Source: an uncultured Spirochaetota bacterium
Lineage (GTDB): Bacteria > Spirochaetota > Spirochaetia > SZUA-6 > Fen-1364
Direction: 5' to 3'
Assembly (NCBI GenBank): GCA_963734545.1
Contig: CAVTHO010000008.1
Span: 128,001-192,000 of the forward strand
DNA: 64,000 nt
Shown: piece after piece, positions 28,254-40,301 of the stretch
Position numbering within the stretch: the first letter of the stretch is position 1
Layout: every line of letters starts with the position of its first letter
Notes under the pieces: model-generated
Databases searched by the model: none
Seen by the model: the letters and a program-made list of their open reading frames with translations, nothing else
Told to the model about the DNA's origin: nothing
Translations under genes and position numbers: made by a program

Positions 28254-29771
28254 ATGAAACGAAAGATTTACTCTCTTGCGGCCATTGCGGCCGTTGTGGC
28301 AGCGGGAACCGCGCTGTTTCTCTTCACCCCGGTCCTCGGTTTCACGCAGGTGAAGCCGGCGGCCGCGGAACAGACCGGAGGACAGGTGTCCGCGACTCCC
28401 CAGCTCGCGGCTCTCAATACCACCCTGGTGCCTTTGCAGGCATCGTTCCGCGAAGTAACGCAGAAGGTGCTTCCTTCAATCGTCGAGATCGACGTGACCC
28501 AGACGATCACCCAACAGGTCCCCCAGTTCAATTTTCCCTTTGACTTCGGGTTCCCGTTCGATCAGGCACCGAAAAACGGGGGCGGCAGCAGGAGCAGAAC
28601 ATTCCGCCAGTCGGGGCTCGGCTCTGGAATCATCGTGCAGCATACGGGCGGCCGCTACTACGTCCTGACGAACAACCATGTCGTCAAGGACGCCACTGAC
28701 ATCAGCGTCAAGCTGAACGACCAGCGGGTGTTCAAGGCGCGCACAGTCGGCACGGACCCGCGCAAGGACGTCGCCCTTGTCTCCTTCGACAGCAGGGATA
28801 CGATCCCCGTGGCAGAGCTGGGAGATTCGAACGGCCTCCAGGTGGGAGACATCGTGTTCGCCATCGGAAACCCGTTCGGCTTCGAGTCCACGGTGACCAT
28901 GGGCATCGTGAGCGCGCTCGGGCGGCACGGGCCCCAGGGAGACGTCGCAACCTATACCGACTATATCCAGACGGACGCAGCCATCAACCAGGGGAACTCG
29001 GGCGGGGCGCTCGTGAACATCGATGGCCAGGTCATCGGGATGAACACGTGGATCGCCGCGCCCACCGGTGGCAATATCGGGTTGGGATTCGCAATTCCCA
29101 TCGACAACGCTCGTCAGCCGATTCGGGATTTCATCGCCAAGGGCAAGGTGGACTACGGGTGGCTCGGAGCCCAGATAGCGGACGTGCAGGACAAGAAAAC
29201 GTATCCCGGGCTCGCCGCAGATTTGAAGCTCGAGGGCCTGAAGGGCGCCTTCATCATGGAGACCTACAAGGGTTCCCCCGCGGATCGGGCAGGTGTTCTT
29301 CCGGGAGACTACGTCACCCGGGTCGACAACACTGAGATCGCAGATGCAGCGGGCCTGACACAGGTGGTCGGCGGCCTCGTGACGGGAAAAACGTACACAT
29401 TCTCAGTCGTACGCTACGGTGAGAAGACCAGTGTTCCCGTGAAGATCGGGGTGCGTGACGACAAGGACCAGGTGGCCCAGGCAAAGAACATGTGGCCGGG
29501 CATGACCGTGATCGACATCGATGACCAGGTGCGCCAGCAGGTCAACATCCCGCGCGGCACGGCGGGCGTGGTGGTGGGGTATGTTCCGGATCAGAACGCC
29601 CCCGCATCGATCGCGGGACTGAGGCCGGGTGACGTCATCACCGCGGTCAATGGCAAGTCGGTCCGCAACATGATGGACTACTACAAGGCCTTGAACGCGG
29701 GCTCGGGGCGGGGCGTGACGTTCACCATCGAGCGCGACGGCACCGAAGTCAACATCGGGCTGGACAGGTAG
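28254..29771 (+). CDS. degP: DegP/HtrA serine protease with two PDZ domains
   Basis: GLGSG, TNNHV, QTDAAINQGNSGG, GLGFAIP. Confidence 0.93.
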   Translation: MKRKIYSLAAIAAVVAAGTALFLFTPVLGFTQVKPAAAEQTGGQVSATPQLAALNTTLVPLQASFREVTQKVLPSIVEIDVTQTITQQVPQFNFPFDFGFPFDQAPKNGGGSRSRTFRQSGLGSGIIVQHTGGRYYVLTNNHVVKDATDISVKLNDQRVFKARTVGTDPRKDVALVSFDSRDTIPVAELGDSNGLQVGDIVFAIGNPFGFESTVTMGIVSALGRHGPQGDVATYTDYIQTDAAINQGNSGGALVNIDGQVIGMNTWIAAPTGGNIGLGFAIPIDNARQPIRDFIAKGKVDYGWLGAQIADVQDKKTYPGLAADLKLEGLKGAFIMETYKGSPADRAGVLPGDYVTRVDNTEIADAAGLTQVVGGLVTGKTYTFSVVRYGEKTSVPVKIGVRDDKDQVAQAKNMWPGMTVIDIDDQVRQQVNIPRGTAGVVVGYVPDQNAPASIAGLRPGDVITAVNGKSVRNMMDYYKALNAGSGRGVTFTIERDGTEVNIGLDR

Positions 29772-29808
29772 GCAGGCGTGCCGCTGAATGCGCGGCGGCC
29801 GCGATCCC

Positions 29809-29841
29809 TCAGAGGAGGGGGCATCGAGCCCCTTCCTCTGA
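29809..29841 (+). terminator. Hairpin downstream of degP
   Basis: TCAGAGGAGGGGG-catcga-GCCCCTTCCTCTGA. Confidence 0.5.
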
Positions 29842-29846
29842 CCCTC

Positions 29847-29875
29847 TTGACAGGTTCCCGGGTTCTGGGTATTTT
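29847..29875 (+). promoter_or_regulatory. trp operon sigma70 promoter
   Basis: TTGACA-N17-TATTTT. Confidence 0.75.
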
Positions 29876-29881
29876 CCCGTC

Positions 29882-29938
29882 ATGATACGACGAGGCATGT
29901 CGAAGAGCTCAATTGGATGGTGGTGGTTCTGGACATAG
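29882..29938 (+). CDS. trpL: trp leader peptide
   Basis: MIRRGMSKSSIGWWWFWT*, 4 Trp codons, directly upstream of trpE; alternative start at 29897. Confidence 0.88.
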   Translation: MIRRGMSKSSIGWWWFWT

Positions 29939-30054
29939 CCAGAACCATGCCTGCATAAGACATACAGGAGCGCGGTTCTGGCGATGAAAGCCAGGCCCGC
30001 GCTTTTTTATTGGAAAAGCCGTGGAGCCTGTTGGGCAGGTCCCGCGGCTTTTTT
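29925..30054 (+). promoter_or_regulatory. trp attenuator with two tandem intrinsic terminators
   Basis: Pause stem GGTTCTGG/CCAGAACC; antiterminator GCCAGAACC/GGTTCTGGC; terminators 29968-30008 and 30014-30054, each with a T6 tract. Confidence 0.85.
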
Positions 30055-30085
30055 GTTATCCGGGCGGTAGAGGGAGGTTCGACAC

Positions 30086-31528
30086 ATGCCGGTGGCGGCA
30101 ACAAGAACGGGTGTCACGATAAGAAAGATCAACGGAGAACGGTTCACGCCGCTTTCTCTGGCAAAAAAACTCGGCGCGAAAGCGCTGCTGGAATCCGCGT
30201 CGTTCCAGAGAGGAAGGGAAAGGTACTCCTTCCTGCTCGTCAAGGAAGCATTTCGAGTTTTCCAGAAAGGCGATTCGTTCTACATGAGCAGGGACGGAAC
30301 GACGCTCGCGCTGAAGACGCGCGCCCGGGACATCCTGGACGTGACCGCGCACTTCAGCCGGCAGCACGACGGGGCGGCCACGCCTTTCCCGCTCCCCACG
30401 GGCGGCGTCGGATACCTCTCGTACGAGTACTGCCGGCGCTTCGACGACATCCGGCTTCGCGAGAAGCCCGATCCCCTCGGCCATTCCCGATGCGCTCTTC
30501 CTGTTCGGGAGCGTGTTCCTCGTCTTCGATCACTATTCGGACACGATCTTCCTCGTGGGAGTGGACTACAGGGAAAAGGAGATCGACATTCCGAAGGCGC
30601 TCGACGAGGCGGAGCGGAGGATCGAAGACCTCGACTTCAATCTTCATGGCGCCTCCGCGCGAAAGGACTGGTCGGTTGAGAGAATCCCCCGGGAGGATGA
30701 GAAGCGCGACGCTTCCTGAGCGGGGTGGAGTCGGTGCGCGCTGAAATCGTGAAAGGCAACCTCCTGCAGGGAGTGCTCTCCCGCAGGGTGCAGGTGCGCA
30801 CCGACATGCCCGCCCTGGAAGCCTACCGGTCGCTGCGGACGCTCAATCCCTCACCCTACATGTTCTATCTCGACTTCGAGGATTTCCAGCTTTTCGGAGC
30901 CTCCCCTGAGGTGCACGTGAAGGCCCGCGACGGGCTCGCCACGATCCGGCCGCTTGCGGGAACCCGGCGGCGCGGCCGCTCGCCCGCGGAGGACGCCGGC
31001 GCTGGAGAAGGAGCTGCTCGCGGACGAGAAGGAGCGCGCGGAGCATCTCATGCTGGTGGACCTTGCGCGCAACGACCTGGGCCGCGTCTGCGCGCCGGGA
31101 AGCGTCAAGGTGACGGAGCTCATGGAGGTGGAGCGCTACTCCCACGTCATGCACATCGTCTCGAACGTGGAAGGAAAGCTGGCGGAGGGCAGGACGGGCA
31201 TCGACGCGCTGCGCGCCACTTTTCCCGCCGGCACCGTTTCGGGCGCGCCGAAGATCAGGGCGATCGAGGTCATCGACTCCCTCGAGCCGGAGAAGCGGGG
31301 CTTCTACGCGGGGGTGGTGGCGCACGTGGAATCCGACGGGTCGCTGGACTCGTGCATCACGCATCCGGAGCGCGCTGAAGATGGGTGACATCGGTGACGC
31401 TGCAGGCGGGCGCGGGCATCGTGTATGACTCGGTTCCGGAAAAGGAATACGAGGAGACTGAGGCAAAGCTCGGGGCTCTCGCGAGGGCCCTCGGGATGGA
31501 AAATGCCGCTGGAGCGGCGGAGGCATAG
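30086..31528 (+). CDS. trpE: Anthranilate synthase component I (frameshifted in assembly)
   Basis: [52 protein letters not shown] in shifting frames. Confidence 0.92.
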
Positions 31529-31529
31529 C

Positions 31530-33147
31530 ATGTACGCGATCATCGACAACTACGATTCGTTCACGCACAACCTGTACCAGTACCTGTGCGAGCTCACCGA
31601 CGAGCCCGTGGAGGTATTCCGCAACGACAAGATCACCGTCGCGGAGCTGGAGGCGAAGAAGCCGTCCGGCATCGTCATTTCTCCCGGGCCGGGAAGGCCC
31701 GAGGAGGCGGGGATCAGCGTGGAGGCCGTCACGCGCTTCGCGGGCAAGGTGCCCATCCTCGGCGTCTGCCTCGGCCACCAGGCCATCGGCGTCGCGTTCG
31801 GCGCCCGGATCGTGCAGGCGGCCCGGATCGTGCACGGGAAGGCGGAGGACATGCGCCTGGACGGGCGGGGGCTCTTCCGGGGCCTGCCCGCGAACGGCAC
31901 GTTTCACGCGCTACCATTCCCTGGCCATCGAAAGGGACTCCCTGCCGCCCGAGCTGGAGGTGAGCGCGGTGTCGCCGGACGGGGAGATCATGGGCGTGCG
32001 GCACAGGGAGCACGCGATCGAGGGGATCCAGTTCCACCCCGAGTCGATCGCCTCGGAGCACGGCAAGAGGGTGCTGCAGAACTTCCTCCGCTACCGCCGC
32101 GAGCCCCTTCCCCTTGCCGTCGATCCTGGCGGGTCTGCAGCAGAAGAAGGAGATCACCCGTGACCAGGCCGAGGCCTTCATGGACGAGCTCACCGACGGC
32201 AGGCTCAGCGACGCGCAGATCGCGGGGGTGCTCGCGTCCCTGACCGGATCCCTGATCAGTCCCGAGGCGCTGGCCGGGTTCGCCACCGTGCTCCGCCGCA
32301 AGAAAAGGCCTTTCGCGAGCGACCGCAAGGTGCTGGACACCTGCGGCACGGGTGGCGACGGCCTGGGCACGTTCAACATCTCTTCCCTCGCGGCGGTCGT
32401 GGCCGCCTCCTGCGGGGCGCTCGTGGCAAAGCACGGCAACCGCGGAGTCAGCTCTCCCGTGGGCAGCGCTGACTTCTACCGGGCGCTGGGCGTGCGCGGT
32501 GGACGTGGAGCCGTCCGCAAGCGAGGACCTCCTGCGGGACACCGGGTTCTGCTTCCTGTTCGCGCCGACCTACCACGGCGCCATGCGCCACGCCGCGAAG
32601 GTCCGCAGCGAGCTGGGCATCAGGACCGCCATGAACCTCGTCGGACCGCTTTCCAATCCGGCGGACGCCTCCTACCAGCTCATCGGCGTCTACGACGCGC
32701 GAGCTCTGCGGTCCCGTGGCAGAGGCGGCCCACCTGCTGGGCGTGCGGAGGGTCATGGCGGTCCACGGGGAGGACGGCCTGGACGAGATCTCCGTCTGCG
32801 CGCGGACGCGTGTCGTGGAGGTGGACGAGACGGGCAGTCCGCCGTGACTACTACCCTCAGCCCCGAGGAGTTCGGCATCTCCCGCCGCTACCGGTGGAAG
32901 AGCTCCGCGGCGGAACGGCGGCGGAGAACGCCGTCACGGCGCAGGCGGTGCTCGGCGGGGCCGGGCCCGCGGCGATCCGTGACGCGGTGCTGCTGAATGC
33001 CGGGGCAGCGCTGTACATCTGCGGCCTGGCCCGCAACATCGGAGACGGCTATGCGCGGGCCCAGGAGGCGCTGCAGAGCGGCGCGGGCCGCGGAGAAGCT
33101 CGAGCAGATCCGCGCGCGCGGCAAGGCTTCGCGCGAAGGCCGCATGA
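31530..33147 (+). CDS. trpGD: TrpG-TrpD fusion (frameshifted in assembly)
   Basis: IDNYDSF, SPGPG, GVCLGHQ, QFHPES, then [31 protein letters not shown]; no RBS seen between the domains. Confidence 0.85.
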
Positions 33148-34603
33148 GCGTGCTGGACCGGATCGTCGCGCAGAGACGCGCGCAGGATCGAGACGGCAGG
33201 GGCATGCGATGGGCGCGTCTCTGCCCGCGGCCCGCACAGCTGCCGCTGGTCGCCTTCGGCGCGGAGCCCTTCCTCGTCTGCGAGGTGAAGCGCCGCTCCC
33301 CGTCGCGCGGCGAGATCGCCCCGGGCCTGGACGCGCTCGCGCAGGCGCGCCTGTACGCGGCACGCGGGGTGCGGAGCATCTCCGTGCTCACGGAGGAGGA
33401 CAATTTCGGCGGGTCTCTCGCTGATCTGTCGGCGCATCAAGACAGCGCTTCCCCACGTTGCGGTGCTCCGAAAGGACTTCCTCCTCGACGAGGAGGACGT
33501 CGAGGTGTCGTGGCGCGCGGGCGCGGACGCGGTGCTGCTCATTGCCTCCGTGCTGGACGCCGGAGCTCCTGGCAGCCATGCACGCGCAAGGCCCGGGAGC
33601 TGGGCATGCAGGCGCTGGTGGAGGTGCATGACAGGGAGGACGTGGAAAAGTGCCGGACATTTGCGCCCGCGCTCACCGGCATCAACTGCCGGGACCTCAC
33701 CACCTTTTCCGTGGACCTCCTGCACCCTCTCACGCTCAGGCCGCGCATCGACTGGCGGACGAGGCTCCTCTTCGAATCTGGAGTCCGCGGCCCCGAGGAC
33801 GTCCTGCTGGCCCTCTCGGCAGGTTTCGACGGCGTCCTGGTAGGAGAGACGGCGGTGAGATCGCCCGACAGCGTGGCAGGCCTCCTCTCCGCGTTCGGGC
33901 ATCTGCCGGGAGACTTCTGGGCGCGCCTGTGCGCGCGGGCAAGGCCGGGCCGGCCGCTGGTCAAGATCTGCGGCATCACGCGCGCGGCTGACGCGGAGAG
34001 CGCGGCCGCGCTGGGCGCGGATGCGCTGGGGTTCGTGTTCGCGCCGTCGAAACGGCGCGCCGAGCCGGCGCTGCTCCGCGAGCTTGCAGGCCTGGACGTG
34101 CTGAAGGTGGCGGTGGTCGTGACCGGCGAGGCAGAATCCGCGGAATACCGCGGCGCGGGGGGCCGTCCGCGCTCGACCCCGAGGTGAGGGAGCTGCTCGA
34201 CGCGGGTCTTCTGGACGCCGTGCAGTTTCACGGCGAGGAGCAGCCGGAGGAGTGCGCCGCCCTGGCCTTCCCGTACTACAAGGCGGTACGCGTGCGGGGA
34301 CCTGCCGACGCTGGCGGCGATGGCAAGCTACCGCTGCCCCCGTGTGCTCGCGGATGCCTGGTCGCCGCACGCAGCCGGCGGAACGGGCCAGCGCGTCCCC
34401 CGGAGCTTGCGCGCGCGCTCGCCGGGGGCAGGGGCAGCGGGCGGCCGCTGTGGCTGGCCGGCGGCCTCGGTCCGGACAACGTCGGGCGAGGTCATACGGG
34501 AGCTGTCACCCGAGCTGATCGATGCATCCAGCGGGCTGGAGGAATCCCCGGGGCGCAAGGACCGAACGAAGCTCGAGAAGCTACTTCGAGGAGATCGACA
34601 GGC

Positions 34604-34617
<14 letters not shown>
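33144..34617 (+). CDS. trpCF: TrpC-TrpF fusion (frameshifted in assembly)
   Basis: [31 protein letters not shown] reading through in frame into VKICGIT, GFVF; then VQFHG, LAGGL, DASSGLE. Confidence 0.85.
34134..34156 (-). repeat. REP-like palindrome inside the trpF domain
   Basis: GAATCCGCGGAATACCGCGGCGC is the exact reverse complement of 23 nt of the 26854 repeat unit. Confidence 0.85.
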
Positions 34618-35825
<1,208 letters not shown>

Positions 35826-35829
<4 letters not shown>

Positions 35830-36577
35830 GCGGCTCACCACGGATCATGGCGCACATGGTGGCCTTCTCTCCCGACAGAGCGGGAACCCTCGAGGTGGCG
35901 CGGGGCCTGGCGGAATGCGGCAGCGCGTACCTGGAGGTGCAGTTCCCGTTCTCCGACCCCACGGCGGACGGTCCCGACATCCAGCGCGCCTGCGGCACTG
36001 CGCTGGAGGCCGGCTTCACCCTGAGTGAAGGCTTCCGCCTCGTGGCCGAAATCTGCTCCTTTGCGCGTCAGCCCCTTTTCATCATGAGCTACGCGAACCT
36101 CGTCTTCACACGCGGGGTCGAGAAGTTTCTCGGTGCCTGCCAAGGACGCCGGCGCGCGCCGGCGTGATCGTGCCCGACCTGCCGCCGGACTACGACGAGG
36201 GTCTCTTCACTCTTGCCGCGCGGCTCGGGCTGGCGGCAATGCCCGTCATGTCTCCCACCATGAAAGAAAAGAGGCTCACCCGCATCGCGGCGCTCGAGCC
36301 CGCGTGCATCTATGCCACCCTGCGCACGGGAACGACGGGTCCCTCCACGACGCTCAACGAGGAGGGCCGCGCCTTTCTCGCGCGATGCGCGTCACTGTCC
36401 CCCGGCGTGAAGGTGTTCGGCGGGTTCGGAATCTCCACCCACGAGCAGGTCCTCGCGTTCGCGCCGCTCGTGCACGCGGTTGTCGTGGGGAGCGCGCTCG
36501 TGCGGGAAGTCGCGCGCAGCGCGGATCCTCGGCGCGCCGTGCGGTCCAAGGTGGAGGAGCTGAGGGGAGCCGGATAG
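35826..36577 (+). CDS. trpA: Tryptophan synthase alpha chain (frameshift near 36140)
   Basis: PFSDPTADGPDIQ, MSYAN, IVPDLP, GTTG, GFGIS, VVGSA. Confidence 0.92.
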
Positions 36578-36656
36578 GGGCCTCGCCTCCGCACGCACCG
36601 ATGCCGGCAAATTGTCCGGTAGTCGGTATTCCCGCGCGCTGAGTATACTCTCTGCC

Positions 36657-37545
36657 ATGGACAGCTTCGAGGTCGTCTCACCGCGGTTCAGGAACCTGAC
36701 GCTCTTCAACGCTGCCGTGGAGACCCTGTACACGGGCACGCGATGGGGAGAAGGCCCGGTCTGGTTCGGCGACTCGCAGCACCTGATCTGGAGCGACATC
36801 CCCAACAACCGCATGCTGCGCTGGACGGACGGCGCCGGCGTATCGATCTTCCGCAGCCCCTCGAACTATTCGAACGGCAACACGCGGGACAGGCAGGGGC
36901 GGCTCGTCACCTGCGAGCACGGTACGCGGCGTGTCACGCGCACCGAGCACGACGGGCGGATCACGGTCGTCGCCGATGCCTACGAGGGAAAGAAGCTCAA
37001 CTCGCCGAACGACGTGGTGGTGAAATCGGACGGCACGATCTGGTTCACCGATCCCCCGTATGGGATCCTGTCGGACTACGAGGGAGGGAGGGCTGAACGG
37101 CGAGCAGGACGGCTGTTTCCTGTTCTGCTTCGATCCCCGGACAGGCACGCTGGCGATTGCCTCCCGGGAGTTTACCGGACCGAACGGCCTGGCCTTCTCT
37201 TCCGACGAGTCGCTTCTCTACGTCTCCGAGACAGGGGACGGCGCGCATATCCGGGTGTTCACCGTGCTGGAGAACAACCGCCTGGCAGGCGGGAAGGTCT
37301 TTGCCAAGGTCAGCCCCGGTATGTCGGATGGCTTCCGCCTGGATGAGCACGGGAATATCTGGACGAGCGCAGGGGATGGGGTGCACTGTATCTCTCCGGA
37401 GGGAGAGCTCCTGGGAAAAATACGCCTGCCGGAGATCATCTCCAACGTCGTGTTCGGGGGGCTGCGGAAGAATCGTCTCTTCGCCACAGGTGCCAACAGT
37501 CTTTTTTCCGTCTACCTGAACTGCAGGGGGGTGCAAACGCCATGA
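36657..37545 (+). CDS. SMP-30/gluconolactonase family protein (frameshift near 37095)
   Basis: WGEGPVW, SNGNTRD, LNSPND, PNGLAFS, DGFRLD. Confidence 0.88.
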
Positions 37546-37654
37546 ACCAAAGGAGTACTGGACGCCCCCACAGCGGACGGAGTCCGCTACAAGCGGCCAG
37601 AGCGGTACTCCGCACCGTGACGCCATGAATCCACGGAGTACCGTGACGCCATGA
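37537..37654. repeat. Cluster of degenerate REP-like units with a 15-bp direct repeat
   Basis: ACCGTGACGCCATGA at 37614 and 37640; GAATCCACGGAGTACCGTGACGCC at 37627-37650. Confidence 0.55.
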
Positions 37655-38397
37655 TCCCGATCGGCGATGACAACAGTGACAGGAGAACAAGGCCTGTAGT
37701 CACGTGGGCGCTGATCGCGGTCAACGTGCTGGTCTTCGTCTTCTTTCAGGGCTTCGGGCGCAACGAGCATTTCACCTATGCCTACTCGACGGTGCCCGCG
37801 GAGATACTGTCCGGCAGAGACATCGTGACCCCGGACCGCGTGCTGATGGACCGTTCCACCGGAGAGCGCTATCTCGAGCCGGGCCTCCAGCCGACCCCGG
37901 TGCCCGTGCTTCTCACCATCCTCATCTCGATGTTCATGCACGCGGGGCTGGCCCATATCATCGGAAACATGCTTTACCTGCTTGTCTTCGGCGACAACGT
38001 GGAAGACCGGCTCGGACATTTCCGCTACCTGCTTTTCTATCTCTTCTGCGGCGTGGTCGCGTCCCTCGCCCACGTCTATACGACCAAGCTTACAGGAGGC
38101 GCCCTCAATGTCCCGAGCCTCGGCGCGTCAGGGGCAATCTCGGGCGTGCTGGGGGCCTACCTGCTCCTGTTCCCCCGCAAGAGAGTGCGCGTGCTCATAA
38201 GCGTATTTGTCGTGCCTATGCCGGCCCTCGTTGCCGTGGGTTTCTGGTTCGTGTTCCAGCTCGTGAACGGCCTGGGCTACCTCGGCGGCGGTACGAGCGG
38301 CGGGGTGGCTTACGCGGCACACATCGGCGGGTTCGTTGCCGGATTCGCGACCGTGAAGCTCTGGGGAATCGGACGCAACGTGCCTGCCGTGCGCTGA
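37651..38397 (+). CDS. Rhomboid intramembrane serine protease
   Basis: SMFMHAGLAHIIGNM, GASGAISG, AHIGGF. Confidence 0.93.
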   Translation: MIPIGDDNSDRRTRPVVTWALIAVNVLVFVFFQGFGRNEHFTYAYSTVPAEILSGRDIVTPDRVLMDRSTGERYLEPGLQPTPVPVLLTILISMFMHAGLAHIIGNMLYLLVFGDNVEDRLGHFRYLLFYLFCGVVASLAHVYTTKLTGGALNVPSLGASGAISGVLGAYLLLFPRKRVRVLISVFVVPMPALVAVGFWFVFQLVNGLGYLGGGTSGGVAYAAHIGGFVAGFATVKLWGIGRNVPAVR

Positions 38398-38462
38398 ATC
38401 AGGGGGCCTCGGGGTCGTGCCGACGCGCTGAGCCGGGGGGGCCGTTGTCTCGCGGTGGCGCG

Positions 38463-40268
38463 TCAGCGCGACGAAGAATCGCCGAACAAGTCCGTGCGCA
38501 GCCTTTCCCGCTCCTTGTCGACTGTCTCTGTCGTCGCGCCAAGCTCGCGCAGAATCGCCTCGTGCATGGCGAGCGCCACCTCGGCTTCTCCCGAGAAGAC
38601 CAGGTCGGCGCCTGCCGCGCGGAGCGCCGGGCGCTCGCGGAGATAGTCCGAGCGCACGATTACCCGTATGTCCTGGTTCAGCTCACGGGCCATGCGAATA
38701 ATCTCCTGGGTAGCCCTGAGCCCTGATGCGCTCAGGAAAAGACTCGCGGAACGTTCCGCGCCCGCGGCCCTGAGCGCTTCCATGTGTCCCGCATCACCAT
38801 AGACCGCCGGGATCCCCTGGGCGCGCAGCCGATGAACCGTCTCGAGATTCATCTCGATGATGGTGCACGTGATCCCGTTCTCCGCGAGGAGCCGGGCAAG
38901 GGTCCTGCCCACGGGACCGTAGCCCACTATCACGGCACGGTAGCGAGGGTCGTCTGACGCGCCTGCGCCCCCCGCTTCCCCGGACAGGGAGCCTGGTGCG
39001 GCCAGCCCGGGCGGATCCGATGCGCGCGTGGCAGGCCCGCGCGCGCGCTGCCGGCTGCCCGAATGCCACCGCACACGGCGGCCGCGCCGCGCAAGGGTGT
39101 CGATCGGTTCGATCAGTCGATGCAGGAGCGGGTTCAGCGCGATGGAAACGATGGCGGCCGCGATGATTGCGCTGGTTGCCTGCGCCGGGAGGATGCCGAG
39201 GGTATTGCCGACCCCCGCCAGGATGAATGAGAACTCGCCGATCTGTCCCAGTGCGAGCCCGACGGACAGGGCGGTCCGCCGTTTCTGCCCCAGAATGAGG
39301 ACAAGAAAGAACGAGACCACCGGTTTGGCAAGGAGCACGATGCCGAGGGTGGCGGCCACGAGCCAGGGCGCGTCGAGGATTGCCCGGGGATCGAACAGCA
39401 TGCCCACCGAAACGAAGAAGAGCACGGCGAATGCGTCCCGCATCGGCAGGGCTTCCGTGGCGGCGCGCAGGCTGAAATCCGATCTGCCGACCACCATGCC
39501 TCCCAGGAAAGCCCCGAGCGCCATGGAGACTCCGAAAAGCTTCGACGAGCCGAAGGCGATCCCCAGCGCCACGACGAGTATCGTGAGCGTGAAAAGCTCC
39601 CGTGAGCGCGTGGCCGCAACCTGCTTCAGAAGCCAGGGAACGACGCGCGCCGCGACGAGAAAGAGAACCACGAGCAGGATCGCGATCTTGAGGAAGGCGA
39701 TGCCCAGGGAGAGCAGGAGCGGTCCGCGCGCCTCTCCCCCCGCTGCTCCGCCTTCGGGCACGATGGCGGGAAGCAGGACGAGAATCACCACGGTGATCAG
39801 GTCCTCCACGATCGTCCAGCCCACCGCCATGTGACCGGCGGGAGTGTGCAGGTCATCATGGTCGGCCAGCACGCGCGTCATGACCACCGTGCTCGCCACC
39901 GAGAGGGCAAGGCCGTAGACGATGCTGCCCAACCAGCCATTAGCGCCGCCGAGCAGGATGGCTGCGGCCGCGCCCAGCGCGGTTGCCACGGCGCTCTGTC
40001 CCAGCGCGCCCGGCAGCGCGAATCGACGCAGCGCGAGAAGCTCTTTCAGGTCGAAGTGCAGGCCGACTCCGAACATGAGGAGCACGATGCCGATCTCCGC
40101 GAACTGCTCCGCAATGGCATGATTGGCGATGAACCCGGGCGTGTTCGGGCCGACGATGATCCCCGCCAGGAGGTAGCCCACCATCGGAGACAGGCCGAGC
40201 CGCTGGGTGACATACCCCAGGAGAAGGGCCACCGCCAGGCTGACTGAAATGGTGAGAACGAGATCCAT
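38463..40268 (-). CDS. CPA2 cation:proton antiporter with TrkA-N domain (YbaL-like)
   Basis: GYLLAG, SVASTVV, LFFVSVG, QIGEFSF, IVGYGPVG. Confidence 0.9.
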   Translation of the reverse strand: MDLVLTISVSLAVALLLGYVTQRLGLSPMVGYLLAGIIVGPNTPGFIANHAIAEQFAEIGIVLLMFGVGLHFDLKELLALRRFALPGALGQSAVATALGAAAAILLGGANGWLGSIVYGLALSVASTVVMTRVLADHDDLHTPAGHMAVGWTIVEDLITVVILVLLPAIVPEGGAAGGEARGPLLLSLGIAFLKIAILLVVLFLVAARVVPWLLKQVAATRSRELFTLTILVVALGIAFGSSKLFGVSMALGAFLGGMVVGRSDFSLRAATEALPMRDAFAVLFFVSVGMLFDPRAILDAPWLVAATLGIVLLAKPVVSFFLVLILGQKRRTALSVGLALGQIGEFSFILAGVGNTLGILPAQATSAIIAAAIVSIALNPLLHRLIEPIDTLARRGRRVRWHSGSRQRARGPATRASDPPGLAAPGSLSGEAGGAGASDDPRYRAVIVGYGPVGRTLARLLAENGITCTIIEMNLETVHRLRAQGIPAVYGDAGHMEALRAAGAERSASLFLSASGLRATQEIIRMARELNQDIRVIVRSDYLRERPALRAAGADLVFSGEAEVALAMHEAILRELGATTETVDKERERLRTDLFGDSSSR

Positions 40269-40301
40269 TCGCGCCCTTTCGTCCGCCGGAGCCGCGGCGC
40301 C

